Source of the DNA: Bdellovibrionales bacterium
GTDB lineage: Bacteria; Pseudomonadota; Alphaproteobacteria; UBA2400
Reading direction: 5' to 3'
Length of the DNA stretch: 64,000 nt
NCBI GenBank assembly: GCA_039808765.1
Contig: JBDHTQ010000007.1
Span: 48,127 to 112,126, forward strand
Shown here: one piece after another, positions 1-10,456 of the stretch
How the letters are laid out: each line of letters begins with the position of its first letter
Position numbering within the stretch: the stretch's first letter is position 1
Made by a program: the position numbers and the translations under genes
The notes under the pieces: generated by a model
What the model saw: the letters and a program-made list of their open reading frames with translations, nothing else
Databases searched by the model: none
Told to the model about the DNA's origin: nothing

Positions 1-2
1 TG

Positions 3-371
3 ATGGAGATGCGTTTGAGCGCCGGTGATCAATCGCTCAACCAGTCACTTGATGTTGAAAGCGGAGATGAACGGCAGGATTTTCTTGTTGATAATGCTCC
101 ATCACCCGAGCAAATTGCGCAAAAGGAAGTTGATCACAAGCGTCGTTCTGAATGGATTAACCAAGCTCTTGCATCACTTAATCAGCGCGAGCAAATAATT
201 ATTCGCGAGCGTTGCCTTTGTGATGAAAGCGTAACGCTTGAGCAGATAGGTCGTGAGCTGGGGGTTTCTAAAGAGCGCGTGCGTCAGCTTGAAATTCGTG
301 CATTGGCTAAGCTTAAATCTGCTCTCAATGAAATTGTTCGCGAGCCACAGGACCTTCTTGAAAGTGCGTAA
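3..371 (+). CDS. rpoH: RNA polymerase sigma-32 (RpoH-family) factor, C-terminal part; 5' end lies outside the window
   Basis: Region 3/4 motifs DQSLN...QDFLVD...PSPE and TLEQIGRELGVSKERVRQLEIRAL; the SKERVRQ variant is typical of alphaproteobacterial RpoH2-type factors. Confidence 0.85.
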   Translation: MEMRLSAGDQSLNQSLDVESGDERQDFLVDNAPSPEQIAQKEVDHKRRSEWINQALASLNQREQIIIRERCLCDESVTLEQIGRELGVSKERVRQLEIRALAKLKSALNEIVREPQDLLESA

Positions 372-374
372 ATG

Positions 375-1235
375 TTATAAAAGATCGAAGTAAATCCGGT
401 TGCGCAAGAAGCAAATGCTTTTGCCAAAGCCGCCTTTTTCATAAATCGGGAAAGTGTGCTTGACCATAAAGTCGCTAAGTGGTTGCTCTTGATTGAGCCA
501 AACCACAGTAAAATGTGTGGTGCGACCGAACAAAGGCTTCAGCTTTGCCTCAAGCTTTTCAGGGAAGTTTTTGCTTAATCGAATCGCCTGATTTTTTGGC
601 TTTTCAATTTCAATTGCAATAATCAGGCTAGGTTGCGCCTCAAAGCTAGAGGGTGTTTGTAATACTTGAAGAATGAAAGCTGCGCGAATATCATCATGTG
701 GTGTGAGTAGCCGTGTGATTTCATCAATTGCGGCAAGGGGAATTGCTTTTGGCAAAGCCGCTAAAATATGTAAAGGGATGGCACCACTTTGCATTTCTTT
801 GGTGTTTGGCTGAATAACAACACTGGCGACACCTCTTAATTTAAGCATCGCAAGTTCATGGGCAGGAATAAGGCGTGCTGTTGTTTCCAGCGGATTTAAG
901 ATCGCGTCGAATTTACCGCAATGTCGCACAAACGCTTTGCCAGACATTTTAATATAGGATGTTGGTTCATGGATGGAGCTTTGTAGAATGGTGAGGTTAG
1001 AAAAAAAGGGAATAATTTCCGCACCGTCTTCTTGCCTTTGCCAACGCTGAAAAAAGTACTCATTTCCCCTTTTTTCACCCAAAACATATACCGGACTTGT
1101 CAGTAATGTTTGGTAAAATTGAGTTTCTCTTTGGATTGAATCCAGTTCGCTTTGCATCACAGACAGTAATAAGTCTTGTTCATTGTGGATGTTTGTTCCG
1201 TCTGAGTAGGGGAGATGCGAAGCCTGGGACGTCAT
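375..1235 (-). CDS. SseB-family protein (SseB N-terminal plus SseB C-terminal domains)
   Basis: FYQTLLTSPVYV...IIPFFSNLTIL...AILNP resembles SseB N; 'LLTPHDDIRAAFILQV...PSLIIAIE...PIYEK' resembles SseB_C. Confidence 0.6.
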   Translation of the reverse strand: MTSQASHLPYSDGTNIHNEQDLLLSVMQSELDSIQRETQFYQTLLTSPVYVLGEKRGNEYFFQRWQRQEDGAEIIPFFSNLTILQSSIHEPTSYIKMSGKAFVRHCGKFDAILNPLETTARLIPAHELAMLKLRGVASVVIQPNTKEMQSGAIPLHILAALPKAIPLAAIDEITRLLTPHDDIRAAFILQVLQTPSSFEAQPSLIIAIEIEKPKNQAIRLSKNFPEKLEAKLKPLFGRTTHFTVVWLNQEQPLSDFMVKHTFPIYEKGGFGKSICFLRNRIYFDLL

Positions 1236-1276
1236 GAGCGGTTATCTTTCATTGCGGGGCTTGTGCCAATATGGCA

Positions 1277-2317
1277 TCAGTTTGCATTTGATGCGTTTCT
1301 GGCATGAAGTTCAAGGCCTGTAATGTTTAAATTTTGGTCATAACTGATCGAAATGATCCAAAAAACACTAGCCTCACTATAGTTCGGGAGTGGCGAGGGG
1401 ACAAGGGAAGAATACGTACACACCACACTTGATTCGCTAAATACCCGACCATACGGTATGTACAAGCAGCGCTCTTTTGCAATTTCCAGCGCCTCTTTCG
1501 ACGATACCGTCGTTCCATTTGTGATGGCATGACCAAAAAAACGCATAAAATTTCTTGCAGAACTTCCTTTGGGAAACCATTGCCGCACAAGTGCAAGAGC
1601 TGTATTTTTCAAAATAAGTACACGGCCCTCCTTTGTATAATCGACAAAATTGTCAAAGCGAAAGCTCGATGCATTGGTCTTGGTATAAGCTTCTTGCACT
1701 TGTGCGTCTGCTCTGTCCTCATCTGTATCATTACTATCTGCGCCGATAACCGTTGGTTCTTTGCCAGGAACAGCTTCAATCATTGCGTATGGAGGGGGCG
1801 CGACGCTTGGATCGACCATTTCTGCAAGCGTCAAAGATTGTGCGTCAATATCGGGCGATGCTTTTGGCAAAATCATCACAACGAAAACGCTGATTAGAAT
1901 CGTTGCGGTAAATCCACCCATTACCGCTACCGTCGCATGACGTGTGTGGGCATCTGTTCTTAGCTTCAGCATATACCACAAGAACCATCCATACATAAAA
2001 ATAGATGATCTAATAATCTTATCTTTCAGGTTTAATATTAGAATTATCAGTCTTTTTTTTGCATCGCTGCTTTGCCATTGGGTGTATTTCGCTGCAATAA
2101 TGCGGCGCAAATAAATGCTGATATTTTTAATAGAATGGAACGTCATGGGAATAAATTTTGAGCGAAACCAATTTTTGAAGCGCAAAAAAAACGGTTCTAG
2201 TTCTTCAGCTTTGTCTAACGGTAATGGTTTAAAAAGCGACTTATCGCCCCCAGACGGTGTGTCAGATGGGGGAGCAATTTTCGGGCCTTCTGCATTTGAT
2301 TTCTGGTGTTCAGTCAT
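1277..2317 (-). CDS. Hypothetical membrane-anchored protein
   Basis: 346-aa ORF with a hydrophobic segment (VAVMGGFTATILISVFVVMILP) and a C-terminal domain with two Cys; no family recognised. Confidence 0.6.
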   Translation of the reverse strand: MTEHQKSNAEGPKIAPPSDTPSGGDKSLFKPLPLDKAEELEPFFLRFKNWFRSKFIPMTFHSIKNISIYLRRIIAAKYTQWQSSDAKKRLIILILNLKDKIIRSSIFMYGWFLWYMLKLRTDAHTRHATVAVMGGFTATILISVFVVMILPKASPDIDAQSLTLAEMVDPSVAPPPYAMIEAVPGKEPTVIGADSNDTDEDRADAQVQEAYTKTNASSFRFDNFVDYTKEGRVLILKNTALALVRQWFPKGSSARNFMRFFGHAITNGTTVSSKEALEIAKERCLYIPYGRVFSESSVVCTYSSLVPSPLPNYSEASVFWIISISYDQNLNITGLELHARNASNAN

Positions 2318-2556
2318 TTATGTTTGATGTGTAGTCAAAGTTTTAGGCTATTGATAGCCTTAAAAAAAATTAAATGTTCGCACGAAATGATTAATGTGCT
2401 TTTTATAACAATCATTTCTTCTTCTATGAAAAAAAGGTATAAAAAAAATTAAATAAAATCAATATGCGAATCGAAATGCTGACCGTGAACAAAGTAAGAA
2501 AATCTTTTTCCTATGTTCAATTCATGTTCTCATTTACACGCTGATTAAATCTTAAT

Positions 2557-3099
2557 TTAAGGCATGCTTTTATCACGTTGAGGAAAAACCATGAGGCGAT
2601 TCACAACATATGAGAGCAGCGCTACAACCGGCAAAAGCAGGAACTGCGAAACCGCTTCGCTAAAAGGTGTGTGGTTGACCATGCCATTCAGCATACCGCG
2701 ATTGGCGAAATAAAGAATGATATAGCCCAAAAAGAAACGTAGTAATGTGCTTTTTGAAAGAGCACTGTCCGTAAAAACAAGTTTGCTGAATGTAAAAAAA
2801 CTAATCGCCATTCCGAGGCCATAGGCTGCGAGCAATGCCCATCCGCGTGCAACATCAAAACCCAGCAAGAATATAAGAAAAATGACGTAGCTTAAAAGAG
2901 TGTTGACCGTACCGATAAAGATAAACCACAACGCATGCTCAATCACGTTGATCCAGCGTGCTGGCAGAAAAGCGCTGGCATAGTCCAGTGCCCGTTGTGT
3001 AATCGACACAAACCAAAGTGGGACTTTGGGAAGAGATTGGGGGGGATCTGATGAAAAGTTGGGGGTGACGGGAGGAAGCATTTTTTTGACCATGATCAA
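2557..3099 (-). CDS. GtrA-family membrane protein (putative lipid-linked sugar flippase); start may be ATG 3093
   Basis: Four hydrophobic helices with FIFIGTVNTLLSY, SFFTFSKLVF, LLRFFLGY, LSYVVNRLMVF. Confidence 0.8.
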   Translation of the reverse strand: MIMVKKMLPPVTPNFSSDPPQSLPKVPLWFVSITQRALDYASAFLPARWINVIEHALWFIFIGTVNTLLSYVIFLIFLLGFDVARGWALLAAYGLGMAISFFTFSKLVFTDSALSKSTLLRFFLGYIILYFANRGMLNGMVNHTPFSEAVSQFLLLPVVALLSYVVNRLMVFPQRDKSMP

Positions 3100-3254
3100 A
3101 ATTGACCGATAATTTTTGAGAATAGCAAATTTTTTTATTTAGGTAAATATTTTTTGTTTGTGAGTATTTAAATATATTTGAAGTAATTATCAATTTTTTA
3201 CTTGATAAATGAAATAAAAAGCGGATTATATCCCAATTAAATGCAAGGATATAC

Positions 3255-4400
3255 ATGAGTAAGCCGGAATTTAATGTACTCGCTCATCAACGGAATCAAT
3301 ATTGTTTTGAAGAAATATATATTTCAGATACCCATTTGGGAAGCCCTAACTGTGCATCACGTGTTTTGCTCGCTTTTTTAAATGCGATCACATCAAACCA
3401 TTACTATCTTATTGGTGATATGATTGATGGGCAGCGGATGCGTGCTTTTAAGCCTTTTTGGCCCTCGACCCATGAAGCTATCCTCGCTCAATTTAATCTT
3501 CGTGCTGCCGACCCAAAAACGACCATTGATTATATTAGCGGAAATCACGATGGTGGATTAGCTGTTTGGATGGCTGCCCACGGCATTTCAACTGATGACA
3601 ATCGTCAATGTTTGAAATATCGTGGTATTAATTTTCGCCAGCAAATGAAAGTTGATAATCCTTTACCTGATGAAGATGGTGTAAGACAACCCTTTATGGC
3701 CATACACGGTGATCGGTTTGATTCTACATTAAGTCATGGTCTCTTGCCGATGATTGGTGATGCGCTTTACGATGTTGTTTCGTGGCTCGATCGCGTTTTA
3801 AATCACTGGACAGATAAATTTAAACTTCCTCATATACCTTTTGCACGTACATTGAAACATGCTTTTAAAACGGTGGTTGGATTTCTCACAAAAACGGATA
3901 AGCGTCTTGCGGGCTATGTAGGCAATCATGGTCATAAGCGCGTTTTTAGCGGCCATACACACTACGCTGGTCGAAAAATGATTCATGATATTGAGTGTCT
4001 GAATACAGGCGACTGGGTGGCCAGCATGACAGCAATTGCACGTAACAAAAATGGTAAATTGGTGCAAATTGACTTTTTTCCCATTTATCAACAATACAGG
4101 CGTCTCCATAATATTGGTGATCCTGATCCTTCGCGCGCATTTGAAGCGTTGGCAGAAAAGTATGGCGCTCAAAAAGTAGAGGCGCGATCAGAATTAATTA
4201 CGCCTGAACTTTTTAATTTATCAAAAGATGGATATTTCGGATTAAAGAGAGGAGGTAATCGCCAATTTAAAACAGCTTATCCTGATTTGCTCTCACTCGC
4301 GATGTACGGAAAAAACCCCAATGAACTTAATGCGGGTCAGCCTCACATGAAGAGCTTTGAGACATCTTTATCAGCTATAGAGAGACCAAAAGTGGCATAA
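3255..4400 (+). CDS. Calcineurin-like metallophosphoesterase, UDP-2,3-diacylglucosamine diphosphatase (LpxH/LpxH2-like) family, with C-terminal extension
   Basis: Motifs SDTHLG, GDMIDG, GNHD, HGDRFD, GHTH, NTGDWV; AGGA SD before ATG. Confidence 0.8.
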   Translation: MSKPEFNVLAHQRNQYCFEEIYISDTHLGSPNCASRVLLAFLNAITSNHYYLIGDMIDGQRMRAFKPFWPSTHEAILAQFNLRAADPKTTIDYISGNHDGGLAVWMAAHGISTDDNRQCLKYRGINFRQQMKVDNPLPDEDGVRQPFMAIHGDRFDSTLSHGLLPMIGDALYDVVSWLDRVLNHWTDKFKLPHIPFARTLKHAFKTVVGFLTKTDKRLAGYVGNHGHKRVFSGHTHYAGRKMIHDIECLNTGDWVASMTAIARNKNGKLVQIDFFPIYQQYRRLHNIGDPDPSRAFEALAEKYGAQKVEARSELITPELFNLSKDGYFGLKRGGNRQFKTAYPDLLSLAMYGKNPNELNAGQPHMKSFETSLSAIERPKVA

Positions 4401-4485
4401 GAGCGCGCTTGCAGTAGGTAGTTTTCGTGATTTAAAAAGTCTGCTAAGCTTGCCGTATTGATAAAAAAAAGAGGAGGATGCTAAC

Positions 4486-6300
4486 GTGAAGACGATGATT
4501 GATCCAAAACATCCTGAATTCGGTGAACTTCCTGTATGGAATTTAGCAGACTTGTATTCGGGGCCGAAGGGAAACGATCTCAAAGGCGATGTCGAGCGAT
4601 TAAAGCATGAGGCTGTGAAATTTAAGCAAAAATATGAAAATAAAATTGAATCCATGTCATCAGCAGAATTTTTTGATGCCATAAAAAGTTATGAAAAGAT
4701 CAGCGAAAGTACATATAAAATTTCAAGTTATGCGCAATCAACTTTTCATCTGAATATGAATGATCCTGAAACAAGCTCCTTTTATAACGATAGCAACGAA
4801 AATGTTCAGACTGTCAGCGCAGAATTAATCTTTTTCACACTTGAAATTAATCGTATGGAAGATGATGTGTTCGCATCCAAAATGACCGATACGCGTCTTG
4901 CACATTACGAACCATGGTTAAAGCAGGTGCGCCTTTATCGTCCGCACCGCTTGGCAGATGAGTTAGAGCATTATATTCACAAGATAGCGCTGGTGGGATC
5001 ATCCGCCTGGGTTCGATTGTATGACGAGACAATCGGAGGACTTCGTTTTAACATTGATGGTGAAGAACTTGCAAATGCAGAAGCATTTTCTTTACTATCC
5101 AGCCATGACCGGGCTCGTCGCGAAGCTGTTTGGCGTGAGGTAGTGCGCGTTGCTGAAAAAAATATAAGTCTTACCAGTCTTATTATGAATACACTGATTA
5201 AAGATAAGGCAATTGATGATGAACTACGTCATTTCTCGACACCGCAAAGCGCCCGCCACCTTTCCAATATGATTGAGCCAGAAGTGGTTGACGCATTGCA
5301 TAAAGCAGTAAAAAATTCTTTTGCTAAAATCTATCAACGTTATTTCAAAATGAAGGCAAAATGGTTGGGTGTGGAAAAACTAGAGATGTGGGACCGACTG
5401 GCCCCAATCTCTACGGACGAAACCCATGTTTATACCTGGTCTGAATCGCGTCAAATCGTTATGGATGCCTATCGTGACTTTTCCCCCGTGCTTGCGGAGT
5501 TAATCGTGCCGTTTTTTGAAAAAGGCTGGATTGATGCACCTTCTCGTGCCGGAAAATATAGCGGTGCCTATATGGAGCCATGCACGACAACAACACATCC
5601 TTTTATATTGCTCAATTATAGTGGCAAACATCGCGATGTGACGACCCTTGCTCATGAATTGGGGCATGGTGTTCACCAATGTCTTTCAAACGAGCAGGGG
5701 TTTTTCCTCGCCGGTGCGCCCCTGACATTGGCCGAAACAGCATCCGTTTTTGGTGAAATGTTAACGTTTCAATCCATGCTTAAAAAAGAGTCAGATCCAG
5801 CAAAACGTAAAACCCATCTCGCGCGAAAAGTTGAGGATATGCTGGCCACAGTGTTTCGGCAAATTGCTTTTTATGAGTTTGAACTCCTTAACCATGAACA
5901 ACGCAAGAACGGTGAGCTGACACCCCAGCAGTTTTGTGATAATTGGCGTACCATTATGCTGGATCTATACGGAGAGGCTTTCAATGTACACGAAAATGAT
6001 CGTTTTATATGGATGTATGTAACACATTTCTTTCACACGCCGTTTTATGTTTATGCTTATGCCTTCGGTGACTGCTTAGTGAACGCGTTGTATGCTACCT
6101 ATCTTGCACAACCGGAAGGTTTTGAAGAAAAGTATTTGACTCTGTTGCGCTCGGGCGGCCGATATGGTCATAAAGCGTTGCTGGCACCTTTCGGGTTGGA
6201 TGCAACAGACCCTTCGTTCTGGCAGCGTGGGTTAAGCGTGATCGAGAATTTGATGGATCAAATTGATCAGATCGAAAGTCTAGGAACAACCGTTCGGTAA
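4486..6300 (+). CDS. pepF: M3B oligoendopeptidase F
   Basis: PVWNLADLY start, GKYSGAY, TLAHELGHGVH zinc motif, AETASVFGE, PFYVYAYAFG; GAGGAGG SD before GTG. Confidence 0.93.
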   Translation: MKTMIDPKHPEFGELPVWNLADLYSGPKGNDLKGDVERLKHEAVKFKQKYENKIESMSSAEFFDAIKSYEKISESTYKISSYAQSTFHLNMNDPETSSFYNDSNENVQTVSAELIFFTLEINRMEDDVFASKMTDTRLAHYEPWLKQVRLYRPHRLADELEHYIHKIALVGSSAWVRLYDETIGGLRFNIDGEELANAEAFSLLSSHDRARREAVWREVVRVAEKNISLTSLIMNTLIKDKAIDDELRHFSTPQSARHLSNMIEPEVVDALHKAVKNSFAKIYQRYFKMKAKWLGVEKLEMWDRLAPISTDETHVYTWSESRQIVMDAYRDFSPVLAELIVPFFEKGWIDAPSRAGKYSGAYMEPCTTTTHPFILLNYSGKHRDVTTLAHELGHGVHQCLSNEQGFFLAGAPLTLAETASVFGEMLTFQSMLKKESDPAKRKTHLARKVEDMLATVFRQIAFYEFELLNHEQRKNGELTPQQFCDNWRTIMLDLYGEAFNVHENDRFIWMYVTHFFHTPFYVYAYAFGDCLVNALYATYLAQPEGFEEKYLTLLRSGGRYGHKALLAPFGLDATDPSFWQRGLSVIENLMDQIDQIESLGTTVR

Positions 6301-6782
6301 TAACCAAGATTCAGAAGACTATTAAGAGGATCAAAATAAGATATACGCTTGAGATCATCTGGCTCATAGTAAAGACTTAGCCCATAAGCACCGTATTCAT
6401 TAAAAGCCTTAAGAACCTCTTCTAAAGCTGCTGCTGTTGCAATCTCACGCGGCCTTGGCTTTGCAAAGTTCACGCGCCTCTCGTTTGTCCAAGCACCTTT
6501 CTTGTTTAAGAGCCGATTTTCAACGTTAATATCTCGAATCACATCACGACCGACAAAAATCTCGTGATCACCCACGACAATTCCCCCTTGATATTGAAAT
6601 ACGCCGAAAGGTTCTTTGATGGGAGTTCCGAGAAAATTATTAGCACAACGGCAAAGAGCAACCTGCAATCCTCTATGGCAAAGTCTTAAAGCCTGGGCCT
6701 GCTCATCCGTCAAAAAGAAGCGCTTTCCCGATCCTGGGCAAATCATTTTCTTTAAATCATCATTCTTAAAGTCTAAGACCAC
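6267..6782 (-). CDS. Hypothetical protein
   Basis: 171-aa ORF filling the gap between pepF and the kinase; overlaps the pepF 3' end convergently; no family recognised. Confidence 0.5.
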   Translation of the reverse strand: MVLDFKNDDLKKMICPGSGKRFFLTDEQAQALRLCHRGLQVALCRCANNFLGTPIKEPFGVFQYQGGIVVGDHEIFVGRDVIRDINVENRLLNKKGAWTNERRVNFAKPRPREIATAAALEEVLKAFNEYGAYGLSLYYEPDDLKRISYFDPLNSLLNLGYYRTVVPRLSI

Positions 6783-6840
6783 TATAAAGTATGACCCCTG
6801 AGCAATTCAATGATTCTCGTAATATTTTAATAAATTCGGA

Positions 6841-6870
6841 TTGACGAACGGCCATTTTTCTTATTATGGT
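6841..6870 (+). promoter_or_regulatory. Putative sigma-70 promoter of the ABC1 kinase gene
   Basis: TTGACG-N18-TATGGT ending 6 nt before ATG 6877. Confidence 0.4.
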
Positions 6871-6876
6871 GCGCGT

Positions 6877-8253
6877 ATGGCGAAAAAAAGCACACAACCG
6901 CCGACAGAAAATAGTCGCGGGGATCGCGAAAGTAACCGACTTGGTGGCAGACTTTCTCGCTATGCAAAGGTTTCAACTGCTGTCGGTGGTTTAGCGGTAA
7001 AAGTTGCTGGTGAAAAATACTTAGGGATCAAAGTTGATCGCACAAAGCATGCGGCCGATTTACGGATTGCTTTGGGGGGGCTTAAGGGACCGCTGATGAA
7101 AGTCGCACAAATGTTGGCGACTATTCCGGATGCCGTTCCCAAAGAATATGCGGCCGAGCTAGCACAACTTCAAGCAGATGCGCCGTCAATGGGATGGCCG
7201 TTTGTGAAGCGTCGTATGACTGCTGAGTTGGGGGTAGGGTGGGAAAAAAAGTTTTTATCGTTTGAGCATGATGCCGCTGCCGCTGCATCTTTAGGTCAGG
7301 TCCATAAAGCTCAAGCTTTGGAAGGGCAATGGGTTGCCACAAAACTGCAATACCCTGATATGAGCTCCGCTGTGGAAGCAGATTTAGGTCAATTTCGCGC
7401 GATTTTGGCTCTCTTTGAGCGCGCAGATCCTGCCTTCAAAACCAAGCAGGTTCATGCTGAAATTGCAGATCGTTTACGTGAAGAACTGGATTATGAACGT
7501 GAAGGTCGCTCGATGAGCATGTTTGCCAAAATGCTTGATGGGCAAACGGGCGTGCATGTGCCGAAGCTTTATCCAGCGCTTTCAACACGGCGTTTGCTCA
7601 CAATGGAGTGGATAAACGGTCAGAGATTGATGACACTCAAAGATCAATCGTTAGAGATACGCAATCAGTTGGCATTAAATATGTTTCGCGCATGGTACGT
7701 GCCGTTCTATTATTACGGAATCATTCATGGCGATCCGCATCCGGGCAACTATCTGGTGGGGACAGATAACACGATCAACCTGCTTGATTTTGGGTGTGTC
7801 AGAATTTTCTCACCTCACTTTGTCGGTGGAGTAATTGAGCTTTACCGCGCACTGGCAAGTAATGATGAAGAGCGTATCGTTGAGGCTTTCAGGAGGTGGG
7901 GGTTTCAAAACCTCAAAAAAGAAACCATCGATATCCTTACGATTTGGGCGCGGTTTGTTTACGGCCCGATTTTGGATGATCGTACTCGTTTGATTGATGA
8001 AACTGAATCAGGTATGTATGGTCGCGCAACAGCACGCAAAGTCCATTTTGCACTACGCGATGTCGGCGGAGTGGAAGTGCCACGCGAATTTGTTTTTATG
8101 GATCGCGCCGCGATTGGACTCGGTTCAGTTTTCTTGCATTTACGCGCCGAGATTAATTGGTATCAGCTGTTTAATCAGTTGATTGAGCGCTTTGATGAGA
8201 AAAAACTTGCCGAAAAACAAGAAAATCTATTGAAGGAATTCGGGTTCACGTAG
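6877..8253 (+). CDS. AarF/ABC1/UbiB (Coq8-like) atypical kinase
   Basis: LKGPLMKVAQ, AAASLGQVH, KLQYP, EELDY, HGDPHPGN, LLDFG; ATG 6877 preferred to the TTG at 6841, which coincides with the -35 box. Confidence 0.92.
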   Translation: MAKKSTQPPTENSRGDRESNRLGGRLSRYAKVSTAVGGLAVKVAGEKYLGIKVDRTKHAADLRIALGGLKGPLMKVAQMLATIPDAVPKEYAAELAQLQADAPSMGWPFVKRRMTAELGVGWEKKFLSFEHDAAAAASLGQVHKAQALEGQWVATKLQYPDMSSAVEADLGQFRAILALFERADPAFKTKQVHAEIADRLREELDYEREGRSMSMFAKMLDGQTGVHVPKLYPALSTRRLLTMEWINGQRLMTLKDQSLEIRNQLALNMFRAWYVPFYYYGIIHGDPHPGNYLVGTDNTINLLDFGCVRIFSPHFVGGVIELYRALASNDEERIVEAFRRWGFQNLKKETIDILTIWARFVYGPILDDRTRLIDETESGMYGRATARKVHFALRDVGGVEVPREFVFMDRAAIGLGSVFLHLRAEINWYQLFNQLIERFDEKKLAEKQENLLKEFGFT

Positions 8254-8266
8254 ATTATTCAGCTCA

Positions 8267-10444
8267 ATGTTTTCTTCACTCAAACGTTATAAAAACCAGC
8301 TGACGTCCTTGCTTTTACAAGAGCAAGACCGCTGGAGCTATTGGTTACAGGTATTTGTTGCGCTTGGTATATTTTTTTATTTTTCCCTCCCCACCGAACC
8401 ATCGCTCAGCATGCTTATTGTGTACATGAGTGTTATGCTCGTGATTGTTTCCACAGGCGTGTATTTTTTGCGCGGTGCGGTTGTTGCACGCTCTATTGTA
8501 ACTGTCTGTTTTGCTTTTTTAATAGGTATCGGGTGTGCTGCTTTTCGCACAACATACATTCATACAATTCAAATTGATAAATCACTTGGCCCTATTCTGA
8601 TTGAAGGTGTTATTGAAGCACGCGAAGACTGGGCCGATGCGGGAAGCAAAATAACCTTATCAGATATCAATTTTGTGACCCATTCACCAAACTTATCCCG
8701 TTTAGGAAAAAAGCTTTCGTATGTGCGGGTTACGTTGCGTGGCACAGATTTTTCAGCACTTCCTAAAACTGGTTCTCGCATACAGATTTTTGCTTCACTC
8801 CTTCCCCCTGCCGAGCCGACAGCACCGGATCAATATAACTACCGGCGACAGGCTTTTTTTGATGGAATAAGTGCTTATGCATTCGCTATCGGGATGCCTA
8901 AAATTATTCCAGATAAAGTCGAGAAAACCAACACAGTTTTGGTTTATTATCATCAATTTCAGCTTAATCTTCAGCAATGGCGCGAGCGTGTCAGTGAACG
9001 TGCCATTACCGTTATTGGTGGCGCTGAAGGAGCAATCGCCGCCGCTCTTTTAACAGGCGAGCGTGGCAGTATTGATGCTCTAACAAACAACAATCTGCGT
9101 GCAGCAGGAACGGCGCATATTATCTCCATATCCGGGATGCACATCTCGATGGTCGGGGCCTTCATCTTTATGTTCATCCGCTATACTTTGGCATTTTTTC
9201 CTTCTATTGCGCTCCAATATTCAATCAAATCGATTGCAGCGGTAGGAGGACTGATGACCATTGTTGTTTACACAATGCTGGTTGGATCTCCTGTTCCAGC
9301 ACAACGATCAGCATTTATGACGGGGCTTGTTTTTGTCGCTATTCTTCTAAATCGACAAGCGCTCACCATGCGGAGTGTAGCTCTGGCCGCTTCACTTATT
9401 CTTATCATTTTCCCTGAAAATGTTTTCCATCCAAGTTTTCAACTTTCTTTTGCGGCGATTACACTTCTGATTTCAGTATATGAAAAGCATGCTCTACAAA
9501 ATTATGATACACAGCAGATTGCATACAATAGCCAAACATGGGCGGGCAAAGCGTATACGTACTTGAAAAATCTCATATGGGGCGTCTTTTTTACCTCATT
9601 TATTGCCGGGATGGCGACCATGCCTTATGCGGCTTGGCATTTTCACCGCATTCAACTAACGAGCATCATCGGTAATTTTTTAGCATTACCATTTGTCGGA
9701 ATATTGGTTATGCCACCTCTTATTTTAACCTATCCCGCCTCATTTATGGGATTGGATCAATTTACTTTATGGATCATGGGGCAGGGGTTAAAAGGTGTAA
9801 CACATACGGCTGCGTGGGTGGCACAATTGCCGGGAGCGAATATTTTTATTCCATCGTTTTCAAAATATATTATCATCGGGTTGACTTTTTGTGGCCTCTG
9901 GTTTGCTTTGTGGCAAAACATACGGTTAAAAGTGATCGCGGTCGTATTGGCTTTTATATTAGTTGCTCTAATGCCTTTAACATTTAAACGTCCACTCGTG
10001 CTTGTCTCAAGCGAAGGGAAGGTGGCCGTACGGTTGCCCACGGATGGATTGCTTTACTCACTTAAAAATTTTCGCGGAATGACAGCACGTGACTGGTCTT
10101 TGTCTTTTAATCAAGCACAGCCGCTTTCAGCATTCCCAAAAAATTCTCAAGCAGTGCGTTGTGACGTTTTAGGCTGTGTGGTGACACAGCCTGTGGCGAT
10201 TTCAATTGTGAAAAATCCCGTTGCATTTTTAGAAGATTGTAAAAAAGCAGATATCATCATTGCTCCAAAAGATCGCGTACCAGATTTTTGTCGCACAGAA
10301 AAACCCTCTGTTATTGTTGATTATGAGATGTTGAAACAGCATGGATCAATTGCAATTCACAGTGATTTGTCGATTGATGTGTCACGCTTATCTTATGCCG
10401 CAAGACCATGGAACTCAGGTTACCGATATTCTACCCACGAATAG
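8267..10444 (+). CDS. comEC: ComEC/Rec2 competence DNA-uptake channel
   Basis: AALLTGER, GTAHIISISGMH, VGSPVPAQRS, PSFQLSFAA, C-terminal RCDVLGC and RPW; multiple TM segments. Confidence 0.93.
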   Translation: MFSSLKRYKNQLTSLLLQEQDRWSYWLQVFVALGIFFYFSLPTEPSLSMLIVYMSVMLVIVSTGVYFLRGAVVARSIVTVCFAFLIGIGCAAFRTTYIHTIQIDKSLGPILIEGVIEAREDWADAGSKITLSDINFVTHSPNLSRLGKKLSYVRVTLRGTDFSALPKTGSRIQIFASLLPPAEPTAPDQYNYRRQAFFDGISAYAFAIGMPKIIPDKVEKTNTVLVYYHQFQLNLQQWRERVSERAITVIGGAEGAIAAALLTGERGSIDALTNNNLRAAGTAHIISISGMHISMVGAFIFMFIRYTLAFFPSIALQYSIKSIAAVGGLMTIVVYTMLVGSPVPAQRSAFMTGLVFVAILLNRQALTMRSVALAASLILIIFPENVFHPSFQLSFAAITLLISVYEKHALQNYDTQQIAYNSQTWAGKAYTYLKNLIWGVFFTSFIAGMATMPYAAWHFHRIQLTSIIGNFLALPFVGILVMPPLILTYPASFMGLDQFTLWIMGQGLKGVTHTAAWVAQLPGANIFIPSFSKYIIIGLTFCGLWFALWQNIRLKVIAVVLAFILVALMPLTFKRPLVLVSSEGKVAVRLPTDGLLYSLKNFRGMTARDWSLSFNQAQPLSAFPKNSQAVRCDVLGCVVTQPVAISIVKNPVAFLEDCKKADIIIAPKDRVPDFCRTEKPSVIVDYEMLKQHGSIAIHSDLSIDVSRLSYAARPWNSGYRYSTHE

Positions 10445-10456
10445 TCACCAAATACC

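Noticed and set aside
8267-10444. ComEC without a full C-terminal metallo-beta-lactamase domain
   Set aside because: This is a common architecture in alphaproteobacteria
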